Origin: Oikopleura dioica
Lineage: Eukaryota; Animalia; Chordata
Direction of reading: 5' to 3'
Length of the DNA stretch: 64,000 nt
Assembly (NCBI GenBank): GCA_907165135.1
Contig: OU015567.1
Coordinates: 4,774,001 to 4,838,000 of the forward strand
Both the position numbers and the translations under genes were made by a program. Below are positions 34,578 through 45,681 of the stretch, piece by piece (the stretch's first letter is position 1; every line of letters starts with the position of its first letter). The notes below the pieces were generated by a model. The model searched no databases, was not told where the DNA came from, and saw only the letters and a list, made by a program, of their open reading frames with translations.

Positions 34578-36248
34578 ATGTTGGGATGTTTGAAATCGGT
34601 GCGTGTTCGAATTCTGACGGAGCAAACTCGTCAGTTGTCGATGAAAAGAAATCACAAAAATGGATACGACATGAGCAAGAATAAGCGAAATAATTATGTG
34701 CAAACTCCTCGACTCCAGCAGCCTCAATCAAGGCTTTATGAACACCAGCAATTTGAGAATACAGGTGTGTAAATTGGTACTACTCTAGCAAAGTCCATTC
34801 TTTCCGGGTCCTTAATAAGGACTCCTTATCAATAACTGTTTCTTTTCAGACGAAGCCCGAATCCAAGAACTCGAGCGCTACCGAATCTCCGCCCGTCATC
34901 TCGCCTCAATAATGGGCGAAGACCCAAAAACCTTCAAATACGACCAACAAGTAGCCGCAATGAAATACCTCATGCCCGGCTACGTCATGTACGCCGAAGC
35001 TTGTCCAAAGCTCGAGCATCCACACGAGTACATGGGCCAGTATCGAAATCCAGAAACCTTGGCGGCGAAACAGAACATGCGAGTCAACTCGGGAAGACCA
35101 GATCATTACTTGTATTTTAACGAAGACATTACTCTTATTGACTCCCTCGAAAAATTGAACGAAATATGCGATTTTTTGAAAGATGAAGCGGCGAGGATCG
35201 AGAAAGATTTTAGCACAGGGACGATTGATGCTTATCCAGCGGAATATAAAAAGGAAAGGCTCTTACCCCTATAGACGAGGCAGTTGGCTTTTAATAAAAA
35301 TTCCTTGAAATAAACAATAATCAGCCTTGAAAAGCGACTTGCCAATCCAAAAATCATCGCTGAATTCGAGTCTCCAGCCCGTTTTCTCGGTTTTGAAACG
35401 CTACCAAAAGCATTTATTCAAAAATTTCACTCGAAGCTGCGTCAAATCTCGATGCTGCCAACTTCGTATCTTGCTCAAGACCTTCTGGACAAGTTCTCCG
35501 TTGCGAAGAAGGAAAGAATAACTTACACAGACGATTTCTACGCTGTTCAAGTTCCAAAGATAACGATTCTCGGAGAAACATACGAAAACAAATGGATTTC
35601 TTCGGCGCTCTGTTTACCAGCTGGAAGTGGGCAGGTTAATGTGACTCTAGTCGGCGATGGAAGCGGGCAATTCGACATTAATGGAGTTCCAATGCATGAG
35701 TTTTTCGATGGACAGCCCAGTTGGATGATGGCTGCGCTAAAACCGCTCACAATTTTGCAAAAATTGAATGATTTTGATGCAGTTATTTCTGGTTAGTTTT
35801 CTTGATGATTTCTTCTGATCTTGAAATTGAGAATAACTCCGATTTCTAGTTGTTGGAACCGGTGGAGGAGAAATGGCAATCCGAAGACCTCGTGGTCGCG
35901 ATATGAAAAGATGGTCTTTTGGCGTAGAATCCGTGTACCATCTTCCCAATCGTGGTGCGATGCCTCGACACGGTTTTGATGAAGAGCACGACGCAGCGAT
36001 CATCAGAGGCGGTGGAAAACAAGCCCGGGCAATTTCACAAGGAATCGCCATCGCATTAGGTAGGCAAGACAGAAAGGAACCGCTGTTGATGGTTTTTAGT
36101 GCCATTTGTTTCACCTGAAGAAGCGAAGACTTTAAAACATCTTGGATTGCAACTCAATGATCATCGACGAAAAGAGCGGGAGTGGAAGGCAGGCGCTGGA
36201 GCGGCGAAATTAAGTGGTAGACGGACGAAAAAATGGCGAAGACGTTAA
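34578..36248 (+). CDS. MRPS9: Mitochondrial ribosomal protein uS9m
   Basis: Presequence-like N-terminus; RHLASIMGEDPKTF...AAMKYLMP; DFDAVIS; RGGGKQARAISQGIAIALG; basic C-terminus ...KKWRRR. Confidence 0.8.
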
Positions 36249-36375
36249 TTTTGACCTTCTTTCCTTTTAAGATTTCAGAAATAAAATGACCAGAAACCCC
36301 CATATTATTGTTAAATCTTTGTAAGAGATCTTTGAATTTCATTCTCTGAAGTTCATTTTTATGCAATTCAGACTC

Positions 36376-37960
36376 ATGGGGCGAGTCAAGTGTAGATTAA
36401 AATGGGTCAAGAAATATCTAAAGAGGACTGGTCGATTACAAACGCTAGATGTTTTGAACAAAGATCTCAAAGAAAGGCATAAGAAAGGTTTGTTCAGATC
36501 GGTTTGGATTAACAGTGGGTTGCGCAGGTAGTGCACCCTTCGTGTGCACTTTTCTTTCTACGCTTGCTCAAAGTGATTGCGTGACTGGTGCACCCTTTAC
36601 CCGCTCTTTAGGGGTGCACTACCTGCGCAACCCACTGTACAAGTAGCAAACAATTGGTTTTAGGCGAAGGAGAGTCTTCGAAACCCAGCTTCAAGATTCC
36701 AAAGAACCCAGATAGAAAGATAAAAGAAGATCGTCAGGAGAAGAAGGATAGAAGTGACCGACATTTAATCAAAAATGAACAAAAAGGTGAGATAAGCGCT
36801 TTACTTTCTTCCGCCTATTTATCTTTAGATGATTGCAAGTCCGTGAAACTCAGTTTTACGATACAGAAAGCTCCAGAAAGAAAGAAAATCGAAATTGAGC
36901 CACCTAAACCAAAGAAAAAAGCGCAAGCAGCCGAAGAGAAGGAATCCAAAACTGTCACAATTCCTAGGCCTCGGACGTAAAAAATCATCACCATCAGCCG
37001 GTCGTCGTACGGTAACAAGAGTAGGCTCATTCGAAAGCTCTTGAACAGGGCTTTCTGTTGGGCTTATAAAAAAACTGGGCCCTGTCCTCCTTTTTCGAGA
37101 TATTTGATTTTGAAGGTAAGCTTCGAAAAATATTTTTCAAAATAACTCGTAACAGAAAAGGAGGGCCCAGTTTTTTTATCGGTCAAATAGAAAGCCCTTA
37201 TCAAGACCTTTCGAATGAGCTCTCTCATGTTCCCGTACGATGACCGGATGGTGAAAATCGTCTTTTTTACGTCCGAGGCCTAACAATTCCAAAAGAATTC
37301 AAGAAAATTGCAAAGAAATTCGGACTGCCAGAAGATCATCTTGAGTTTTTCTACGAGCACAGAGAGTCTTTTAACTGGGAAATCAAAAAAGAAGTCGTCG
37401 TTCATTGCACCGAGCCTGGTTGTAAACTTACTATTCAGGCTGCTAAAGGATGTCTTAATGACCACATGATCTCTGTTCACGACTATAGAGATATTTCGTG
37501 TGGTAAAACTGACTGCGCATTTGTTGCTTATTCTCAGAAGAATCTTAATCACCATCACAACGCTTTCCACGGGCATGGACGTACTCCTACAAAACGTGCA
37601 AATCACTCGTGTCCTTATTCTTCATGTAATAATTTTTTCGGGAACACTGGCGACCTAGCAAATCATGTAAACACGCACAAAAATATTGTTTTCTCTTGTG
37701 ATTTCTGTCCCTATCGAGCTGTTCAGTATAATAACTTGTCCTACCATCTGAAAAAGCACTTCAAGATAAAAGATTATAAATGTGAGATCTGTTCTAGCTC
37801 CTTTATAAGACGTGGTACTTTAGTCCGACATAAAATGACTGCTCATAATACTGAGGGCTTCGAATGCACATACTGCAATCTTTCATTCCCTACTCTTCGT
37901 AAATTATATGTGCACCGAAAAACATGTACAGAACGACTAAAGCACTCCAGACTTCTCTAA
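36376..37960 (+). CDS. C2H2 zinc-finger protein with LisH-like N-terminus; coding exon interrupted by a hAT MITE
   Basis: WVKKYLKRTGRLQTLDVL; about 6-7 C2H2-type fingers (for example CDFCPYRAVQYNNLSYHLKKH and CEICSSSFIRRGTLVRHKMTAH). The frame is continuous once 36965-37290 is removed. Confidence 0.8.
36513..36637. mobile_element. Small MITE, Tc1/mariner-like termini, intronic
   Basis: 26-bp TIR CAGTGGGTTGCGCAGGTAGTGCACCC; TA on the right flank, AA on the left. Confidence 0.8.
36965..37282. mobile_element. Non-autonomous hAT-type fold-back MITE in a coding exon
   Basis: TIR TAGGCCTCGGACGTAAAAA...TTTTTACGTCCGAGGCCTA; 8-bp TSD ACAATTCC at 36957-36964 and 37283-37290. Confidence 0.92.
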
Positions 37961-38021
37961 CTGACGATTTGTTAAACTCATCTTACTCACGAAATAATCC
38001 GTAACTTTTTTTTCAGAATAA

Positions 38022-38805
38022 ATGGGGTTCAAGGGTGAGAACCAGAAGGCAGTCGATGCTCGAGCTCGAAAAGCCGACGCAGCGGCTTCGAAAAAAGCCG
38101 CAGAAAACAAGGCTAAAGAAGACGCTGCTTGGGTCGATAATGATAAACATGTGAATAAAAAAATTAACAGAGCTGAAGATGCAGTGGCAAAGAGAGAAGC
38201 AGAACTTGCGAGAAAGAAGGAAAACCAGCAGCTTTATGAACAAGAGATGGCTGGTAGGGAAGTGCAATTTGTTACTGTGTCTAAATCTGAATTCTAGCGG
38301 CAGTTTCAAAGCCAAAGGGAAAGAAAAACCAAGGAGCGTCGACAAAAGTGAGCAGGGCACAAATAATCGCCGCCCAGAGAGCTGCTCTAGAAGCTCAAAC
38401 GAATAAACACAAAAAAGCTTCTTCAAAGATTGTTGTTCAAAGCGATGAATTAGTGGACAACATCAACCGCCTCGGTAATCGTTTTTGGATAATGATTGTT
38501 GAAATACTCTTTTAGAAATCGAGGGAGACGCTAGAAATGTCGAAGAAGCTATTGATGTTCTTACTGGCGACGGTAAGAAGGTCGATAAGCATCCAGAGAA
38601 GCGAATGAAAGCTGCTTTTAACGGTATGAGAGTCTATTATTTGCCATGTTTTTATACAGAAACTTCATTCTTGTCTTTAGATTTCGAGCAAAAACGATAT
38701 AGAGGCTTGAAAGAAGAGAACCCAACTTTAAAAAGATCTCAGCTGAAGGAACTTTTATGGAAAGAATGGCAAAAATCACCTGAAAATCCGATGAATCAAC
38801 TTTAA
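38022..38805 (+). CDS. CCDC124: Coiled-coil domain-containing protein 124 (Lso2 family)
   Basis: MGFKGENQKAVDARARKA...EDAAWVDNDK; DKHPEKRMKAAF; LKEENPTLKRSQLKELLWKEWQKSPENPMNQ. Confidence 0.93.
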
Positions 38806-38908
38806 TCTCAACATTTTTCCTAATTTTTTCCTCTCTTGTTCAAAGTATCTGTCTTGCAATCGCTAACTACTCAATTTTATAAAAGCCTGAATTTATTTCT
38901 GTTAGAAA

Positions 38909-41047
38909 ATGGATATCGGTAAAATTCTGGACTTTGCGCCAGATACTGAGTTACGCGGCGAAAATCCTTTCGAGCGGACGGAAATCGAGCGGCAAAAGAA
39001 GGCGTATGGAGAGCCTGACAGTAAAAAGAGCAAATTTGCTCTTCCTGCATACATGGGTAAGCTCAAAATGCAATCAAAGCAAAATTTCAATTATCTGTTT
39101 TTAGAATCCGTAAGCGACGGAGTACGATTAACAGAGGAAGAGCTCGAAGAGCGACGACAAGAACTCCTGGCAAAAGCGGAAATCGACAATGGCGAGCAGG
39201 AAGACATGGACGAAGCTGCTGTCCGAAAGCTTTTCCTCCTTTTCGACAAGAGAATGAAAAAGAACCAAGACCAGAGAATCAAATACGCGCAGAAACCTGA
39301 GAAATACATGAATGTAAGTTTCTCTTGAACGAATAATCTTGAATCGAATTCAGAGCGAAATGGATCTTTATGCTCATATACACGAGATAAAACAGCTTGC
39401 CACACAGCCCGAGTTGTATCCGCTTTTGGAACGAAGATATAAATAATGGACTTACTCTTGTTAATTTGATAACGCTCGCTTCTCACGAAAATACTGACAT
39501 CGCCGCCATGGGAAAGGCTTTCATTTTCAACCTAATTTCATATGAAAATATCCCAGTATAAAAGCCTTGAATAAGTGATTGAAACACTGTACGATCTGAT
39601 TGACCAGGAAGAAGAAGAACACGAAGAAATCGTAAAAGAGCTCTATCAAAAATACATGGAACAAGACGTACTCTCTGTCGCCGTCGGCACACTGAAAAGA
39701 ATGGACGAAACTAAAAATGAGGAACTTGAAGCTGCGTTCAAATGTATTGGATTAGTTGAATCGATTATTGATGGATCTGACGACCAGGATATTATCAGCA
39801 AAGTAGCGAATAGTGGAAGCTTTTTACTGTGGCTTCTTGAAAGGTTAGTTTTCAACTACAATTGCTTCTCTTTTATCAAACTTTCTTTTCAGAGTTCGAA
39901 GACGAACAATAAACATGGTAAAAGTCTACGCCGCAGAAATGCTCTCAATTTTGCTCCAAAACGAAGAGAACCAAAAAATCGTCGGTGAGAAGAAAGGAGT
40001 CGATATTCTGCTCAAGCAACTGGCATATTTCAAGAAACGAAATCCAAAAGGTCTGTCTTATCTTTTAGCCCTTAAAAATCTTACTTTTGGCGTAGGTCAG
40101 GAAGAAATTGAGCTGATGGAGAACCTGTTCAACTCTCTTTGTCTCGTTGTTCAATACGTTCCGAACAGGAAAAAGTTCCTTGAAGATGAAGGCCTTCATT
40201 TGATGAATTTAATGATCAGGTAGTGCTTATTTCCCGGGCCGTGGTGTTCATATTGCTTCAGAGAAAAGAAAATGAGCCGCAACTCCGCTTTGAAAGTCAT
40301 CAATCACGTGGTCAGCGGCTACGAAGGCCGCGACAACTCCATCAAATACATCGAAATTCTCGGACTCAAGACACTGTTCCCATTATTTATGAAAACTCCA
40401 AAGCGAAATAAGAAAACTGGTCATACCGAAAATGTAAGATTATTGAAACGTAGACCTGCTGAGAGACTTTCTCTAGGATCATGAAGAAGCGATCATATCA
40501 ATCATCGGAAATTTAATGAGAAATCTATCCGGATCCCTGAAGCGAAGATTGGTCGACAAATTTGTAGAACTCGATCATGCAAAATCTGAACGGTAGACCT
40601 TCCCATTCATTCTCCTCATTGATCTTGATTGTTTAGACTGCTAGAATTACACTTCAAATACGCTGAGAAAATGGAAGACGCCGAGGAAGAAGTCGAGCAA
40701 CAAGCAGCTATGCTCGCTCAAGAAGGAGTAGAAATGGATGAAGATATGGCATACGCGCTAAGGCTGGAAAAAGGACTCTTTACCCTCCAACAGGTAAAGG
40801 CTTTCTTTTTTCTTCCATGATCTCAACCGTTTGTTAGATTGATTACATCATCGTGGAACTCTACGGCTCTGGAATCGAGTCACTTCGTGAACGCATCATC
40901 TCTCATCTTTCCATGCGCAAGTCCTCATTGAAACAGATCCGGGAAGTCGTCAAAGACTACGCAGATAACCTCGGCGACGGAGAAAACGAAGAAGCCATCG
41001 AGCAAGAGCGCAATCGTTTGTTAGAACTGGCCATGGGACTTATGTAG
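38909..41047 (+). CDS. CTNNBL1: Beta-catenin-like protein 1 (spliceosomal Prp19 complex)
   Basis: KRMKKNQDQRIKYAQKPEKYM/SEMDL; HENTDIA; KVYAAEMLSILLQN; EIELMENLFNSLC; FLEDEGLHLMNLMIREK; RLEKGLFTLQQIDYI. One apparent frameshift at 39424-39427. Confidence 0.93.
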
Positions 41048-41123
41048 AAGCAATTTTATTTTGATCACTGCCACCAAAAAAACTATTCACATGTTTTAAA
41101 ATTTCATTTTCGTTTCATTCAGA

Positions 41124-41562
41124 ATGAACAGAATCTTCAAGCTTGCCACTAGAATTCCAAGACGGCAATTTGCCTTTTCCGTCCCAAGAATGGGAGTTCA
41201 AATTGAAACGATAACTCCAGCGCCAGATGCGAGTGCGAAACCAACTGTAGGAAAGAGAGTCGCGGTTCATTACACAGGGACTTTGGAGGACGGCTCTGTC
41301 TTCGATTCTAGCAGAGATCGGGGCCAGGTAGCGGACTGTTTTCTCGCTCTTTCCTCATCAACATTTTCAGCCGTTTGTTTTCGCCCTTGGAGTCGGCCAA
41401 GTTATCAAGGGCTGGGATGAGGGAGTCGCTCAAATGGCCAAGGGACAGCGCGCCAATCTCATCTGCACTCCTGACTACGCTTACGGACCTCGAGGTTATC
41501 CACCAGTGATTCCTGCTAATGCTACGCTTACTTTTGACGTAGAGCTACTTGACTTTGAATAG
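41124..41562 (+). CDS. FKBP12 paralogue with a 22-aa N-terminal mitochondrial-presequence-like extension
   Basis: [32 protein letters not shown]...[21 protein letters not shown] / [22 protein letters not shown]...[10 protein letters not shown]. Confidence 0.9.
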
Positions 41563-42637
41563 ACTGTTTTTGACTGCCGAAATTTTATTTATTTCAATAA
41601 ATAACGATCATCTTGATACAACTAAAAATTCACATTGATGTTGATGATCGTAAAGATCATCATAATTTCTCGTCTAATTTAAAGCAAGCAAGTGTTTCAG
41701 CAGTTAGAACATCCTTGTTTGAAAAAACATCTTCGTACTTGAAGATGTGAACTCTCTATTCTATTCTCTTCTCTCGAGCGAAAAAACAGAAATTCCGGCA
41801 TTTTTGAGACAAAACGTCTCGATGCCAAGACTGCTTCAAAATAGCTTTGCTGTTTATCTGGCCCATCCCTCTTTTCACTAGAATAGTACCGCGAGACTCT
41901 AGACGCGCAAAGTGCCGAAACACGTGATAACAATTTGTTTTGACGTCAATCAATGTATAAATTTGATGAACAAACGATCATCCAGAGACAGATCATTTTT
42001 GATTGAGAGATTTTATTGAATATTCTCAGGTATGAAAAATAAGCTCTTGAACACTAGAAAAGTAGTTGAATCTTCCAAAGCCTTGAGCCTTAAATTCTGG
42101 TTATCAATATGTTCGGTGCCTAAAAACCGGATGAGAATTCGGGCATTCCAAATCGATCAATAAAACTACCGAAAAGAATCGATAAAAAATATTAAACAAA
42201 GCTGAAAAAAGTATCATGCGCGGAACGCATGAGCAGAGCAGGTAATTGGCGGCCAATTAATCGGTGCTGTGCAGAAGACAAGAAACTCAGATCACGCGTT
42301 TGAGGCCCTGCGCACCCCATTACATAAGGATCAGCAACTACCCAGATGATCCGAGATTGAGGCATTTTGGCGCTCGGCCTAAGAGAGCCTTTCAAGTAAA
42401 ATAAACTTTATATTTTTATTTAATACCAACGATAAAAAACGATTCAAGAGATCAAACTTTATCAACGAAAATCTATTTCAAGGTAAAAGCTTTTATATAG
42501 AAGAAAACTTCCCTATTTGACAATTAGAATAAGGGGTTCACTTTGGTAAAGTTGAAAGAAAAGAAGGTCAGAAAAAGCTTTTCGTAACCCTAACCCTATC
42601 CATTACAAGGTGGGCTCGGCAGCCTGTATTTTTCCTC

Positions 42638-42747
42638 GTGATCTTGGGTCGGCAAACCGTGCAAAAAACCTGAGTCAGGGGAAAGAACTCGCTTTACTTC
42701 CAACTCCCGACTCAGGTTTTCTGCACAGTTTGCCGACCCCAGATCAC
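42638..42747. repeat. Palindromic element carrying the AAAACCTGAGTCAGGG arm
   Basis: GTGATCTTGGGTCGGCAAACCGTGCAAAAAACCTGAGTC versus GACTCAGGTTTTCTGCACAGTTTGCCGACCCCAGATCAC. Confidence 0.7.
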
Positions 42748-42989
42748 TAGAATAGAGAGAGGCAATGACCCCGTGTCTTGGAACGACTCAGTTCGCAAAT
42801 ATTGACCCTGACCTTTACTTCCGATGGATATCATCTATCTATCTGACCACTTTTCTCCTTGTCTAGAAAAAAATTTTCAAATCGACCTCATTTTCGGGTT
42901 CAAGAGCGATCCTTTTCGAAATTGAGGGATTAGCGGCTGGCTAGCCCAGGGCCAAATACAGGAGCAATTAGAAAATAATAATTTAGAGA

Positions 42990-45389
42990 ATGAAAAACTC
43001 CAGAATGGAAAGCCCAAGAAACAAAGAAGAGCAGATTCAAATTTTTGTCGAAGACGAAAAATTCTCGCTAAACAAGAATCACCTCAAAAAATCTTCGTCA
43101 TTTTTCAACGCCATGTTTTCCGGAAGATTCGCGGAGTCTACACAGAACTGTATTTATTTAAAAGGTAATCTTGGTCAAACACAAGTGATTAAAACCCTTC
43201 AGATCATATCACAAAAGAAGCGTTCCACATATTCGTCAATTATCTTTCATCGGGTCTTCTACCTCCGAAAATTCATGCTTCAACGATTCCAGAACTCTTC
43301 CTAGCCGCCCATTATCTCGACTGCCATGAGTTTATTGCAGCTCTTTATGACAAAATCAATGAGCTTGTTCAAAAATGCGCATCTTACAGGAACGGCTCTT
43401 GAAGAAATTTTCATGCATGGGCTAGTTTACTGACGTTCCTGACATTGCTGACATAGTCAGTACGAAAAAATGTCGAAAGGTCAAGGACGAACGGATTGCC
43501 CCTTCCCTCAATCATCCATTGACAATCATTTGTCATTTTTTTTATTTGTTAACAATCACGTTCCATAAAAACTTTCGTTACATTCCTGTTATGTAACCAA
43601 ATTTCTATTTAAAAATCATAATCGTAACCGTAAGTCGAGTTCAATGGTTCAGCTCACAGCCAAAAAACAGCCCAATTTTATTTTTGCTCGGAGAAGAAAT
43701 GATGCTAGATGATTTGACAAAGAGCGCTTTTGACGCGATGAAAAGAGATCCCGTCGCTGCTTCTACTGCCGAGGAGTTTCCGCAGCTGCCGATGGAGCTG
43801 ATGGAAGAACTGATCACGAAGAATTATGACTGCAAAGAAGTAGATATGCTCAAGGCTTGTCTGGTCTGGATTAAGGCCAATGGAATGTCACCGGTAGAAG
43901 CAGTTGATCTTTTAGGGCTCATTAGACCAGGTAAAGTTGTTTTCTTCCTTGATTTCACGATTTATTTTCCTTTTTCATCGCTGACTTTTCTTTTCTAGCG
44001 CTGATCTCCCGATCCGAGTGGGAAACCCTCGATCCCTCCGACGACTTCGCCGACTATCTTTTCGATCTTCGCGAAGAATTCGACTCCTACAACTCCAACC
44101 CTTCCGTCCAGCCACTCATCCAGAAGCCAAAGACTCGCCTCCGCTGTGAAGAAAGACTTTCTCTTCAAGTGGAAGGAATTGTCTGCCAAACACCGGTCAG
44201 AATGAGAAGAGAGCATTTGACAGATGCAATGTAAGTTTGACACTTTTGGCTACTTTCGATCATGCTCGGGCTGGATCATGTGGGCGTGATAAGCTCTGCC
44301 GCAGCTGTTTTAAATGACTGCAGATCTCAGACTAAGTCGTGTTTATGTGCCAATGATGAAATTTACCGCGGCTACTTTCGATTTGAACCTAACTTTCTTT
44401 AGGAGCGCCGCCGCGATGGACCGGGAGCACAGTCACCTGATCGACCCAGCCCATGTCGTTCTGGAATTTAACGAGTTTGTTTATGTTCTTGGGGAATATA
44501 GGTCAAATAAAAGGTAAGCATCAGATTGATTCAATGAAGAACATCAAGATAAAGAAAATTTTAAACAAAAACAAGGTTTTTATGAATATTTTTTCAGCTC
44601 ACAGCCAGTAAAAGTCTCAAAACGATTCGACCCTCGAACGGGAACCTGGTTCGAGATTGCCCCGATGAATCAATCACGCTCAAATTTTGCCGCTGTCGCC
44701 TGTGGCGAGTTCATCTACGTCTTCGGGGGCAAGCGAGGCTCGCACGGGCTCAGGGCGTGCGAACGCTATTGCCCGCGCACGAATACATGGAAGAACATTG
44801 CGCAACTGCCAACAGCTCTGTGGCAGCATGCTGCTGTTTCTGTCAATGGTATAACACAATTTATTTAACAAATGCCTTAATTATCCATTCAGGTTCGATT
44901 TTCATCTCCGGTGGGAGCACCAAAGCCCGTGGAGAAGTCAAACTCGATGCTTTCATAAAATACGATCCAAAAATGAACAAATTCACGAAAATGGCCGAAC
45001 TGATTTCAGAAAGAGTGGATCATACAATGGCAGTGATAGACAAGAATCAAATCGCAATTTTGGGAGGACGAGATCCGTCAGAAAACGCTTTTTTGCTCGA
45101 CCGTGGAGATTTATGATATCAAGGCGAATAGGTGGATGTTTTACTCGCAAGTCAAGTAAGTCCTCCCTCTTCAAACAAGAATTGAAACATTCTTAGACCA
45201 TTCGGCCCCCTTCTTGCTTCCTCCAAGCTCAACTACAGTATCGTCGACGACTCTTCGAACCAGAAACTCATCCACATCTGGGCTGTTGACTTCAAGAACT
45301 CCGGCGAAATCATCGAGTTCAACTTTTCCACCCGCCAATGGAGAATTCTTCCAGCCGAGAACGATGTCAGAGTGTTTGACATTTCTTAG
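42990..45389 (+). CDS. BTB-BACK-Kelch (KLHL-family) protein
   Basis: BTB LKKSSSFFNAMFSGRFAES; BACK EEFPQLPMELMEELI...WIKAN; Kelch repeats MNQSRSNFAAVACGEFIYVFGG...ERYCPRTNTW and IFISGG...YDPKMNKF. Confidence 0.88.
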
Positions 45390-45681
45390 TTTCAAAATGT
45401 TGACTTGACTACTGCTCAACCCTCCTGCCCAGTTTCAAATGTAGATTCATTCTTTTTTCACTCAATCCGCTTCAGGTGTCGATAAATGAAAATGAAACTT
45501 TCCGAAAAAGAGTTTGCAGTCAATGTTAAACTTATAATGAGCATGGTGAAATATTCGGAATAGTGCAGCGATGAAGAATCTATCGTTAACATTTAAAGTG
45601 AACTTTGCGAAGCTTCGATTGAATTTGAGGTAACCGATATCTTAAAAGCAAACTGTGCCGGAAGCAAGAAATAAGAAAAAA

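Noticed and set aside
41697-41933. ORF with a presequence-like start (LSRVSALCASRVSRYYSS)
   Set aside because: It begins at TTG with an in-frame stop just upstream, and I could not find a supporting ATG exon or acceptor. Left uncalled.
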